From a virus (lineage: Duplodnaviria > Caudoviricetes), in IMG/VR virus record IMGVR_UViG_3300004369_000597, positions 1-54,620 of that record: 54,620 nt of DNA. One strand, given 5' to 3'. Position numbers and translations under genes: made by a program. The notes beneath the pieces are model-generated. The model had not been told where the DNA came from. It did not search any database and saw nothing but the letters and a program-made list of their open reading frames with translations. The first letter of the stretch is position 1; each line of letters opens with the position of its first letter. Shown here piece after piece: positions 9,181 to 18,200 of the stretch.

Positions 9181-9905
9181 TAATACCCTGCCTGCTGTAG
9201 TAACTCCTTAACTTCAGGAATAATATTAGAATCTCTTTTAAACTTGATTGCCCACTTTTCAGGATCAATATATTCTAAGATCATTTTTTGTTGCAGTTCT
9301 TCTAACTGACCTAAAAATTCTAATCCAGACTCACTGTGATAAAGCATCCAAGGTGAGATTCTGCCTGTCGTTACTTCATAACAAATACGATTGCGAGGAC
9401 CATAACGTAAACAATCTTTGTTTTGTATTTTTTCATCCTGTGCAATCTTAATTGTAGTTTCAATACTACGTGCAATTGCATCTAATGGGTCTTCATCTTT
9501 CAAGTGTTCGATAACAAACTTTGTGTAGTTTGTATCGCTAGTCCACTTGTCAATCTTAATTTGATTTTTAAGCAACCAATCTGCATAACGATTAACATTA
9601 ATAACATTGACGTTTACACAATAATGACCAAACTTAACAAAGGCTAGATAATAAGAACTTTTGATAAAGTCCAAATACGTCTTTTGTTTTTTGCTGGCTG
9701 TGTTCTTAAGATAAAAGTTTAACCATGCTTGAAACCCAATACGATTACCTTTTAAATCCTTGTCACCCCATCTGCGTTTGTTTTCACATAGATGTTTATC
9801 CATCGTAGACTCACGCACAAATCCACGTCCACAAAACTCACAGCCGAACTCAGTTACCAAGTTCTTTTTCGTACTGTTCGATTGTTTCATCACTAACAAG
9901 GTCAC
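9180..9905 (-). CDS. Hypothetical protein with an N-terminal Zn finger (CEFC...HLC)
   Basis: C2HC-type motif; sits next to the clamp-loader-like gene. Confidence 0.75.
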   Translation of the reverse strand: MTLLVMKQSNSTKKNLVTEFGCEFCGRGFVRESTMDKHLCENKRRWGDKDLKGNRIGFQAWLNFYLKNTASKKQKTYLDFIKSSYYLAFVKFGHYCVNVNVINVNRYADWLLKNQIKIDKWTSDTNYTKFVIEHLKDEDPLDAIARSIETTIKIAQDEKIQNKDCLRYGPRNRICYEVTTGRISPWMLYHSESGLEFLGQLEELQQKMILEYIDPEKWAIKFKRDSNIIPEVKELLQQAGY

Positions 9906-10443
9906 TTAATAACTCCAAGTCTTCTATTTTTAAATCAGGAAATTTTTCAGCAAGATACATTTTACGTTTATGTTGTTCGCAAAAGGCATCTGCTATATCT
10001 TTTAAATCACTATCAGAAACTTTGGGATATACTTTTTTATAGTACTCTTTAATTTCTTTTGGTGTTGCTTTGTCTTTTAACTTAGACACACTTTGTCTAA
10101 TGTTTGGGATCCATTGATGATATTGTTTGCCGATACCAGGACTAGCCGCACATAACATCAACCATTGCAGTTTAGGATGCTTCATTACGTTCTCGTTAAA
10201 CAAATAACGATTGGCATGATAGTCTACGCTTTGCAGATAGTATTGAGATACAGCAGACTTACCTTTTACTGCACTGATCCAGTGTAGCATCATAAAAGGA
10301 ACAAACTTCTTTTGTTGTTCTGGCGTTAATCTGTCGTAGTATCCATAATCTTTTTGATCGACTGCCGCAATTGCTTCAAACAAGTTAAAGTCTTGCCCTT
10401 GTAGTTTTTCATCACTTGGTGTCTTTGTTTTTCTTTTCGCCAT
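9850..10443 (-). CDS. Clamp loader small subunit-like protein (T4 gp62-like)
   Basis: FVPFMMLHW...N...HPKLQ...KQYHQW...IKEYY pattern recalls the gp62 family; replication-module context. Confidence 0.6.
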   Translation of the reverse strand: MAKRKTKTPSDEKLQGQDFNLFEAIAAVDQKDYGYYDRLTPEQQKKFVPFMMLHWISAVKGKSAVSQYYLQSVDYHANRYLFNENVMKHPKLQWLMLCAASPGIGKQYHQWIPNIRQSVSKLKDKATPKEIKEYYKKVYPKVSDSDLKDIADAFCEQHKRKMYLAEKFPDLKIEDLELLSDLVSDETIEQYEKELGN

Positions 10444-10582
10444 CTTTATATTCTTGTGGAGTAGTCATTATAACTTCTATAGCATCGTGGCTAGGCTTAT
10501 TCTTACCGAATATCTTTTCCCAGTTATCTTTATATGCTTTTTGATTTGCACCTTTACGAGGCGCAGAGCCTTTCCCTGCCAT
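10412..10582 (-). CDS. Small basic protein (56 aa), MAGKGSAPRKGANQKAYKDNWEKIFGK...
   Basis: Below the ORF-track cutoff; TAATG-coupled to the upstream gene and fills the gap exactly. Confidence 0.75.
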   Translation of the reverse strand: MAGKGSAPRKGANQKAYKDNWEKIFGKNKPSHDAIEVIMTTPQEYKDGEKKNKDTK

Positions 10583-11082
10583 TAGAACACCTGTGCATAG
10601 TCAACGATTTCGCAGTTTCTACTAATCTCTTTTACAAAGTAAATACATCTAGGTTGAGGACCATCATCGATTGGTACACAGAGAAACTGCCCGTTACGCA
10701 ATCGAGGAGCATACCAAGTTACATCTGAATAGATGTCAACAATTTCAATCGGAGCAAATGCCGGAGAGAACGATGACAGTGGATTAAACATAAACACTGA
10801 AAAGCCTCTGTCATTTAAACTAGAAAGAGGTAGCGTTTCTAAATCACCGCCGTCTTCATCACCGATTAATACTTGCCAATCAACTGGCATTTTAAGAGTC
10901 TTGTCACTAACCTTTAATACAACAGCCGGGGCATTAAAAGATTCTAAAAAGATTAGCGGGATATAATAATAATCGACAAAACTAGGATTAGAATTATCTA
11001 AAATAGCAAATCGAAGGTCATCGATTTCTTCTGGTAACGTTTCTAAATTATAAAATTCGTTTTCTAATGTTAATATTCTCAT
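10582..11082 (-). CDS. Hypothetical phage protein (166 aa)
   Basis: Clean ORF with its own promoter. Confidence 0.8.
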   Translation of the reverse strand: MRILTLENEFYNLETLPEEIDDLRFAILDNSNPSFVDYYYIPLIFLESFNAPAVVLKVSDKTLKMPVDWQVLIGDEDGGDLETLPLSSLNDRGFSVFMFNPLSSFSPAFAPIEIVDIYSDVTWYAPRLRNGQFLCVPIDDGPQPRCIYFVKEISRNCEIVDYAQVF

Positions 11083-11088
11083 AGTGTT

Positions 11089-11117
11089 ATTGTATCTTCT
11101 CCAGTTAGATAATTCAA
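11089..11117 (-). promoter_or_regulatory. Sigma70-like promoter TTGAAT-17-TACAAT, 6 nt before ATG 11082
   Basis: Near-consensus hexamers with 17-nt spacer; no RBS. Confidence 0.6.
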
Positions 11118-11131
11118 GTTATTCGGTAACC

Positions 11132-12586
11132 TTAGTAGTTTAATTTTTCTATCACAAAGGGATAGTTGGCTTCTCTATAAAAAGCCTTGCGTTGCGTCAA
11201 GTGTCTCTTTGCAAAACGACAAGAACTAGTGATATCCCAAATTTGAACAAAGTCTTTATCTTCTGCTTTGCGAATTCCACGACCAATAGACTGGATGACA
11301 CGAACAAAAGACTTACCAGGCTCAATAAGTATAAGGTTAAAAATACGAGGAATATTAATACCCACACTAGCAACACCATAGGTAGCAACAAGTACTTTTC
11401 CATCAGCCGTTGCAACTTCATCATATTCTTCTTTGCGTTCATTTACTTTGGTGCTCCCTGATATAAAGACAGCATCTTTTATGCGTTTAGTAATTTCATT
11501 ACCTGCATTGATTCTGTCTACTAGGACAAGAGTGTTACCAGAGTCTTTTATTGTATCAATCAAATCGCAAATTTTGTCTAAGCGATTTTCATCTGTCAAT
11601 AAATGTTTCAACTCTGCTTGGTAGTTTTGAAACTCTTGTCCATCTTGCAACTGCACAACATTTACGTGACAGTTAGCAAGTACTCCTTTGTCTTGTAGTT
11701 CGCTGGCTGATAACTTATTAGTTACTCCACCTAAACTTACTAACAAAGCAATACGTTCATATTCTGCTTTAGGAATCGTTCCAGTTAGTCCCCATCTAAT
11801 GGGTACACGTGACATTACTCCTGTTAATAGTTGCTTGAGTGCATCTGCTTTTGCCATATGAACTTCATCAACCATGACACAAACAACATCTTCAATAAAT
11901 TCGTGTATGGTGCAATCAGCACTACCTGCTTTAGTATTCTTCAATAAAATATTTAACGATTGCCAAGTACAAATTGTATGTTGCTTATTATACTCTTTGC
12001 GATCACCAAAATAAACACCAACATCTAGTCCTAAATTTTTGTAGTCTACTTCTGTTTGTGTGACTAGTGACTTGTTTGGTACAATAACAATTGATCTACC
12101 GTATGATTCTATGCTTGCTGACAATGCGGCAGTCATAATAGTCTTGCCAGCGCCGGTTGCTACTTCTTGTATAGACTGCGGGTTCTCTAAAAATCCGTTA
12201 ATAACATCAACTTGATAGTCTCTTAACTTGATAGGTTGCCCTTCGTGTGTATGTCCTTTTGGCCATTTAACGTGAGCAAATGTATCTGTGTCTACTTTAT
12301 TAAACACAAAGGTCGTTGAGTAGTCTCTGAGGTCTTCTAGTTCGATATCATAGTGTAGTTCTTCTAAGATAGGAATGATATCTTCTAATAGATTGATGTA
12401 GGTAGAACCTGCTAATGAAAAATAACTGACCTTTCCGTTCCATCTACCAAGTTTAACACTTGGCATATACCTTGCACCAGGAATTTCATATTCAAATTTT
12501 TTCATGCAGGCTCTACGTGCATCAAGTTCAAGCCCTTCGATTTTTAAATTTACCTCATCTTTAATGATGAGTCTAGCATTTCGCAT
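11132..12586 (-). CDS. uvsW: UvsW-like SF2 DNA helicase
   Basis: LRDYQ, ATGAGKT, DEVH, GLTGT and QSIGRGIR motifs; N-terminus typical of UvsW. Confidence 0.93.
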   Translation of the reverse strand: MRNARLIIKDEVNLKIEGLELDARRACMKKFEYEIPGARYMPSVKLGRWNGKVSYFSLAGSTYINLLEDIIPILEELHYDIELEDLRDYSTTFVFNKVDTDTFAHVKWPKGHTHEGQPIKLRDYQVDVINGFLENPQSIQEVATGAGKTIMTAALSASIESYGRSIVIVPNKSLVTQTEVDYKNLGLDVGVYFGDRKEYNKQHTICTWQSLNILLKNTKAGSADCTIHEFIEDVVCVMVDEVHMAKADALKQLLTGVMSRVPIRWGLTGTIPKAEYERIALLVSLGGVTNKLSASELQDKGVLANCHVNVVQLQDGQEFQNYQAELKHLLTDENRLDKICDLIDTIKDSGNTLVLVDRINAGNEITKRIKDAVFISGSTKVNERKEEYDEVATADGKVLVATYGVASVGINIPRIFNLILIEPGKSFVRVIQSIGRGIRKAEDKDFVQIWDITSSCRFAKRHLTQRKAFYREANYPFVIEKLNY

Positions 12587-12589
12587 AAA

Positions 12590-14185
12590 TTATTCTGGCC
12601 TATATTGTAGTGTCAAAAATATTTGTCTACCACCAGCTCCATAGCCAGGGATAATTTCAATTTCTTTATCTAGTATATCTCTAAACGTAACAGAAAGCAA
12701 ATAGTTGTTGCCCACTGACTTTTGCACACTTAAGTCAAATGAATTAACATTGTCTAATTCTTCAGTATCGTAAGGACTTTGCTTACGATCAAACATACCC
12801 TGATATGTAAGTTTTGCGGTGTAATCTTTTATAATATATGTACCCGATATAACAAACATGTACTTTGCAACACGTGGTTGTTCGGTGTCTGTCCAACCAA
12901 GATGTGTGTGAATCCACGCATTAGGGCTTAGTGTAATCATGTCTGAGTAACGAAAACCCTGCGTGTTATACTTACCTATGTTTACGTATTGATTCTCGTT
13001 AAAATCGTAATCTATGCCTTCGCTAAAACGATAATGAAAGTAAGACAGTTTGTTCCAACCTATTTCGTACCCAATTGATTCTTCGGGTTCTAGTTTAGGA
13101 TTAGGATTAGTCCAAGCGTCACCTCTAAGTTGGTATAGATTTGGATTGCGAAATGACGTACCCAAATTAACGAACAAGCCGTTATTCTCATACCCCACTC
13201 TATATACAAATGCATCTTGTGTTACACGGGAACCAACTTCAAGTCCAAACAATGTTTTTAGTACACCATATATGGCGTAGTTGTCTTCTGTGTCACTATC
13301 GTATTCTTCTTGTTCTGCGGTTACACCAATGATCGCATCACCCATAGTTAAAACAAGATTTGTTCTGTAGTCTGCATACCATCTGTTGGCTTCACTAACC
13401 CAAAAGTTATCAGAGTCAGCAAAATAGTCAGCATCGTTCCAAGTATGGCCCACAGTCCAATTTTCGCTACGTACACTTACTGCCCCGCGTTGACCTTCTT
13501 GCAAGCAATCGTTAGTGTAATCGTAACTGCTGTTCCAGCATTGATCAAAGTCATATTCATAATCGTTAATCATTACGTTTGCAGTGTACGAACCAAAATC
13601 AATGTGTGCCCTTGCAGTTACATTTTTGTAATCGTCTTCTTCATTGTTATCTGTGCGTACACTATCATTAGTTGCAGAAAGGTACGTAAAGTTAAATAAA
13701 TTCTCTAACGAATGGCTAACAAATTGATGATCAGAACCTGCTCTAACTGTAGAACCGGGTTGGATATTGTCATTAATAAAAATAGTACCTGCCAAACTGC
13801 CTGATCCATAAAGGACCGAATTAGGTCCATGTACAATTTTTGCAGTTTCATTTCCTGTTGCTAAGTCGTGCCCAAAATCATACCAACCTGCGCCTGCATC
13901 GTTAGCAGGAACACCATTACGAAATACAGTAGTGTGAATAGGCTGAGTGCCTCGTTCACTGTATCCTGCAAATCCTCCAAACCCACCTGCTACTGTAGTT
14001 GCTGGCATTAAACTTTCTATCAGTGTAACGTCAGTTACTGGATCACTTGTTACGGTGTGTTCTGTTGAACCTGTAACAACAATTGTTTCGATTTCTTCTG
14101 CATGTACTTCATTAAGTAGAAATGCATAAAAAATCATTACGATTGCAAAACCTAATATTTCGATTTTGCCATTTTTAATACTCAT
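12590..14185 (-). CDS. TonB-dependent outer-membrane receptor (BtuB-like)
   Basis: Signal peptide (VHA-EE), TonB box ETIVVTG, plug motif GPNSVLYGSGSLAGTIFI, FRNPNLYQL...NPKLEPE, amphipathic beta-strands. Confidence 0.9.
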   Translation of the reverse strand: MSIKNGKIEILGFAIVMIFYAFLLNEVHAEEIETIVVTGSTEHTVTSDPVTDVTLIESLMPATTVAGGFGGFAGYSERGTQPIHTTVFRNGVPANDAGAGWYDFGHDLATGNETAKIVHGPNSVLYGSGSLAGTIFINDNIQPGSTVRAGSDHQFVSHSLENLFNFTYLSATNDSVRTDNNEEDDYKNVTARAHIDFGSYTANVMINDYEYDFDQCWNSSYDYTNDCLQEGQRGAVSVRSENWTVGHTWNDADYFADSDNFWVSEANRWYADYRTNLVLTMGDAIIGVTAEQEEYDSDTEDNYAIYGVLKTLFGLEVGSRVTQDAFVYRVGYENNGLFVNLGTSFRNPNLYQLRGDAWTNPNPKLEPEESIGYEIGWNKLSYFHYRFSEGIDYDFNENQYVNIGKYNTQGFRYSDMITLSPNAWIHTHLGWTDTEQPRVAKYMFVISGTYIIKDYTAKLTYQGMFDRKQSPYDTEELDNVNSFDLSVQKSVGNNYLLSVTFRDILDKEIEIIPGYGAGGRQIFLTLQYRPE

Positions 14186-15234
14186 AATTTTACCTCTCTT
14201 TGGTTGATGATTTTTATAATTTTACCAGCGCCAGTTACTGGTAATTCATAATAATCGGTTAAACTAATTATTACTGGCATGGACTTTGGTTGTTCGGATG
14301 AAGCAAAAAAATCATTGTATGTATGCCATATAAATTTTTGCATGTCGTATTTATTGAGTATTCGTTCAATGTCTTTATTTGTGTTTTGATCAAACGTGGT
14401 ACTCTTAGGCAAAATCACATCAGTAATGCCTAATTCTTTCATCCACTTCACTGCATCATCAAAGTTACTAATGTTTACTTGCGTTTTAAACTCGGATGCA
14501 AATTTTAGTTTTGGATCATCTGCATAAATGTCTGGCGAAATTGTAATGGCTAACCTTGACAATTTGTACAATGTCATTGGACTGTTATCCATTACAATGT
14601 TATTTTCTTTTATTTTTTCTGCTAATACTTCATTGAGTGCCGCAACTTGATACCCGTCTCCTACTTTGACATAGGTTGGATCCCAATACTTAGTTGACGA
14701 TTTGATTTTGTTTAGTTTATCTACAATAGTTTTTACCTTGCCGTGATACACCGTTTCAAAAAACTGCGGCAAAGTATTATACGCAAGTTTTAAATTAAAC
14801 GTATTGAATTTTGCCTCGTACCTTTTCTTTGCCTTTTGCCATTGCCATTGATTATGAGGTATATTTCTAAATTGATTAATAAAGTCCTTTTTAAAAGGAA
14901 CCTTAATAGTCAAACAATTATCTACACTGTCATAATCAACATTGGCATTTGTGTACTGAGGTAAACTTTCTATGATATCACACTTCCAAGGTAACCTTTT
15001 AAGATCACCCTTATCAAAGCCTGCTTTAGCAAATTGTCGTTGATACTTACTAATCAGTTTATCAAATAGTGCGGCTTGGTTAGATGTGATTTCTTGTTTG
15101 TCGTGGGTTAAGTATTGCAGATTAGCAATGAATTTATAGTCATAGTGGCTTAGACTTATGTTGGGTTCTGCCAACCCAGTCTGAGTCGATAACATAAAAT
15201 AAATGACTTGTTCTTTGCTAGTAAACATATTCAC
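14182..15234 (-). CDS. Hypothetical phage protein (about 348 aa); true start probably ATG 15228
   Basis: Long ORF with ATGA overlap into the TonB receptor gene. Confidence 0.8.
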   Translation of the reverse strand: MNMFTSKEQVIYFMLSTQTGLAEPNISLSHYDYKFIANLQYLTHDKQEITSNQAALFDKLISKYQRQFAKAGFDKGDLKRLPWKCDIIESLPQYTNANVDYDSVDNCLTIKVPFKKDFINQFRNIPHNQWQWQKAKKRYEAKFNTFNLKLAYNTLPQFFETVYHGKVKTIVDKLNKIKSSTKYWDPTYVKVGDGYQVAALNEVLAEKIKENNIVMDNSPMTLYKLSRLAITISPDIYADDPKLKFASEFKTQVNISNFDDAVKWMKELGITDVILPKSTTFDQNTNKDIERILNKYDMQKFIWHTYNDFFASSEQPKSMPVIISLTDYYELPVTGAGKIIKIINQREVKL

Positions 15235-15235
15235 T

Positions 15236-15264
15236 ATTATATAGAACCTTAACTATTAAATCAA
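15236..15264 (-). promoter_or_regulatory. Sigma70-like promoter TTGATT-17-TATAAT
   Basis: Directly downstream of a terminator; 7 nt before ATG 15228. Confidence 0.65.
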
Positions 15265-15274
15265 TTAAAACGGT

Positions 15275-15299
15275 AAAAAAAGGGCGACCGAAGCCGCCC
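15275..15299 (-). terminator. Rho-independent terminator with a cUUCGg tetraloop
   Basis: GGGCGGC-TTCG-GTCGCCC-TTTTTTT on the minus strand. Confidence 0.92.
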
Positions 15300-15322
15300 C
15301 AACTCCTGACACAGAGTTAAAC

Positions 15323-16357
15323 TTAGACCCTACGCATACAAGTGCTTTCAGCAAGCAGACGCCAGTTAGTAGCACTAACTTTAGTCAAGTCTGCAATCTT
15401 CAACGCCATACGCATAGAAATTTCACGCAACTTAGTTGCATTTTCGGTCATGAAATCAAAGATTTCATCAGACATGAATTCGTTGAAATCATAGTCTGCA
15501 AACAAACCACCATCAACGTCTCTGTCAACTTGACGGATACGCAACATCTTATCACGCTCGGTGTCGATAGTCAGATCAAGGAAGTGACAACGTGACTGAA
15601 GTGCTTCCAAGTGATCCTGCAATTTCTTAGACTTGAGGTGTTCAAACTTCAAGTTAGTGATAAAGATAGCACTACCCTTGAATTCAAATGAGTTTGGGAT
15701 GCCCTCACGATTTAACAGACTAGAGTCAGAGTTCCAGCAGATTTTTCTGCGTTTGCCTGAGTCAAGTGCCGCTTTAAGAATGTTGAGTGCAAGGTCATCT
15801 TGGAATACTGAGTCACAGTCATCAAATACCAAAACGTTTTTTTCGTCTGAGTACTTGTAAAGAACTGCATACAAGCCTAGTGCGGTCATAGCACCTTTGA
15901 CAACCTCATAGCGGATCTTGCGTCCTGCAATTTGATCGAACAGAGTAGCCTGCTCTAGTTGAGATTCGACCCCAAATGACTTACCTACACCAGGAGGACC
16001 TGATACGATCATAGCACGAATATCGCCATTGATAGTAGCCTTAGACATATCGTCCAAGATGTTGAATCTTGTTTTGATTCGATCCATTGCTTCTTCATCA
16101 GTTTCAACTGGTGCTTGAACCTGAAAGCCAATAGCATCATTAGCTATAATCGGTGCTCCGCCTGTGAATACAATGTCGTTAATGGTGTTAACCTTAACCT
16201 TGACATTTTCGATTTGAACATGAGGAAACTGACCGTCATTTTTGACAGTGATGTAGTTGCCTCGCTTACCTTGTTGAAAGCCCTTAACTAGGGTGAATTG
16301 CTGATCGATTACAGGTTGATTTCTGTATTCGCCGAACTTGATAGTTACTGTAGTCAT
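15323..16357 (-). CDS. AAA+/P-loop ATPase, early gene
   Basis: GPPGVGKS Walker A, VLVFDD Walker B, FITN sensor, ALQSR Arg finger. Confidence 0.88.
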   Translation of the reverse strand: MTTVTIKFGEYRNQPVIDQQFTLVKGFQQGKRGNYITVKNDGQFPHVQIENVKVKVNTINDIVFTGGAPIIANDAIGFQVQAPVETDEEAMDRIKTRFNILDDMSKATINGDIRAMIVSGPPGVGKSFGVESQLEQATLFDQIAGRKIRYEVVKGAMTALGLYAVLYKYSDEKNVLVFDDCDSVFQDDLALNILKAALDSGKRRKICWNSDSSLLNREGIPNSFEFKGSAIFITNLKFEHLKSKKLQDHLEALQSRCHFLDLTIDTERDKMLRIRQVDRDVDGGLFADYDFNEFMSDEIFDFMTENATKLREISMRMALKIADLTKVSATNWRLLAESTCMRRV

Positions 16358-16396
16358 ATGTTGCTCCGTGTCAGTGAAGTGTGTGTTAAAGATATA

Positions 16397-16425
16397 ATTA
16401 TAATGGATTTTAGAACCAATGTCAA
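16397..16425 (-). promoter_or_regulatory. Consensus sigma70 (early) promoter TTGACA-17-TATAAT
   Basis: Perfect consensus with an upstream A-tract. Confidence 0.9.
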
Positions 16426-16431
16426 CCTTTT

Positions 16432-16770
16432 TTAATCGGCCCGTGAACCCATATAAGCCCGAATACCATGATCCTGAAGGACCTTAGCATATGCCCGGGC
16501 ACCAGTTTCCTTGATGTCCATAGACTGGGTCATAGACCCGCCCGGGTTCCAAAGTTGAAGTGATTTAGTGTAAGACTTGCGAAATCCAATTTTCTGAAGG
16601 GCCTTGCCTACCTTGCTATTAGAACGCACCCCGTAAATATCGACCCAAGCAAATCCGCAGTACGGTGTTTCACCGTATTGTGCGATAAAGTCTGATTCTG
16701 CTTTGCGGGCCGCCTCAGTAGCTTCAATGTGCATGTCAATAATTTGTGTTTCAGTGATTGCAGTAGTCAT
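16432..16770 (-). CDS. Hypothetical early protein (112 aa; CGFAWV, SRAD C-terminus)
   Basis: GGAG RBS and its own promoter. Confidence 0.8.
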   Translation of the reverse strand: MTTAITETQIIDMHIEATEAARKAESDFIAQYGETPYCGFAWVDIYGVRSNSKVGKALQKIGFRKSYTKSLQLWNPGGSMTQSMDIKETGARAYAKVLQDHGIRAYMGSRAD

Positions 16771-16801
16771 AATGATCTCCGTTTTCTCAGTCTATGTGTA
16801 C

Positions 16802-16830
16802 ATTATGAACCCAATCCAACCCAAAGTCAA
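16802..16830 (-). promoter_or_regulatory. Sigma70 early promoter TTGACT-17-CATAAT
   Basis: Near consensus; several upstream A-tracts (UP-element-like). Confidence 0.8.
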
Positions 16831-16884
16831 GCCTTTTTTGCCACTTTTTTGGATATTTTTCAAGTTTTTTTGGATTCCTAATAA

Positions 16885-16922
16885 AATCAATAACTTACGA
16901 TTCTAATAGAATCAATGACTTA
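16885..16922. repeat. Two copies of the 13-bp motif AATCAAT(A/G)ACTTA, 25 bp apart
   Basis: 16885-16897 and 16910-16922; third copy at 43364-43376. Confidence 0.75.
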
Positions 16923-16934
16923 GAAATGTTAGTA

Positions 16935-18200
16935 TTATTCTACATTCTTCCAAGTAAATGCACCGAAGAACATTTCGTCTTCAGACATCTGGCCCCACGG
17001 TACTTCTCTTGCGGGGTCTGGATTCTTTGGATTGTCTGTACTATTATCAAACGCACCTTCTACAAATAATCGAGTACCTGCAGGAATAAACTTAGGATCT
17101 TTCCATGTGTATGAAAGTTGCCAAGCATAGTCATACCTAGGAATGTCTATTAGTTCTTCCCTTGTACCGTCAGCATAGATTGCAGTAGCTCGCATACTCT
17201 TGCCACGGAAATGCATGTGTGGTAAGAAAGTGTGTAGTCTAATATCATTCTTTAGTGTAATCTCTGCTGTCTGTACAAAGTTAGGATCAAAGGGTGGAAT
17301 CGGCGTCCAAGTGTTAGGGAAGATACAGGCACAATCACCTGCCATTCTTTCTTCTGGTACTACGCCTTCATCGTGGAAGTATAGTCCGATTCTTGCTCTG
17401 TCAGTTCTTGCTGTACCATCAGGCGTATAGTGTAGTTGTAGATTCACGATTGAACCTGCTCGCAACAAACCACCTGTGTTCTCGTCATAGTAATCAGGAT
17501 CACCGCCAGGAACATATGCACTAATAGTAGCATAGTCCATATCGCCTTGTCCTTCGCCCTGTGCGCCTAACAAGTTACCGTTACGCTCACCTGGAATATT
17601 TACTGTGTTCAGCATGTGATGCATAACAGTAGGCTCGCTAGGCAAGAACTGTGATCCACGCAACCACTTGTCTTCCGTGAGACCAAGATCAACACTTGTG
17701 TATCTGTATGGTATCGCATTAGGACCCATTGTGCCAAATGCTGGAATCTCTTGTGGTGGTACTTCGATAATCATATCAGGCTCACCATGTACCCACTCTG
17801 AAGTAGAGTAAGTTGTTTCTGTCAGAGGATCAACATCTCCCTCAACAGGTGCGCCTGCGTCAATCCACTCTACAATAGTATCAATCTCTCTATTGCTTAG
17901 AGTTCTGTGATTGATAATTGTACCTGCGTACTTACGATCAATTTGACCTGGAGGCATACGCTTCTCAACGATAGCCTCTTTGATTGCAGGTGCAAAGCCT
18001 TGTAACATTTGATAGTTAGTCATTGCCCATGGAGCAATACCACCTTCTCTGTGACACGATTGGCATTGCTCTACAAAAATAGGCGCAACATCTCTCGCAT
18101 AGTCAATCTCATCTGCTTTTGCTGTAATAGCTACAGCACACAACAATGCTGTCCACACTGCTACTGTACTAAGCCAAAACATTTTCTTAATGCTATTCAT
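16935..18200 (-). CDS. Exported cytochrome c + copper type II ascorbate-dependent monooxygenase-like protein (copy 2)
   Basis: Signal peptide, CQSCH haem motif, RMPP, candidate Cu ligands MHH / LHY / HMH / DEM. Confidence 0.87.
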   Translation of the reverse strand: MNSIKKMFWLSTVAVWTALLCAVAITAKADEIDYARDVAPIFVEQCQSCHREGGIAPWAMTNYQMLQGFAPAIKEAIVEKRMPPGQIDRKYAGTIINHRTLSNREIDTIVEWIDAGAPVEGDVDPLTETTYSTSEWVHGEPDMIIEVPPQEIPAFGTMGPNAIPYRYTSVDLGLTEDKWLRGSQFLPSEPTVMHHMLNTVNIPGERNGNLLGAQGEGQGDMDYATISAYVPGGDPDYYDENTGGLLRAGSIVNLQLHYTPDGTARTDRARIGLYFHDEGVVPEERMAGDCACIFPNTWTPIPPFDPNFVQTAEITLKNDIRLHTFLPHMHFRGKSMRATAIYADGTREELIDIPRYDYAWQLSYTWKDPKFIPAGTRLFVEGAFDNSTDNPKNPDPAREVPWGQMSEDEMFFGAFTWKNVE

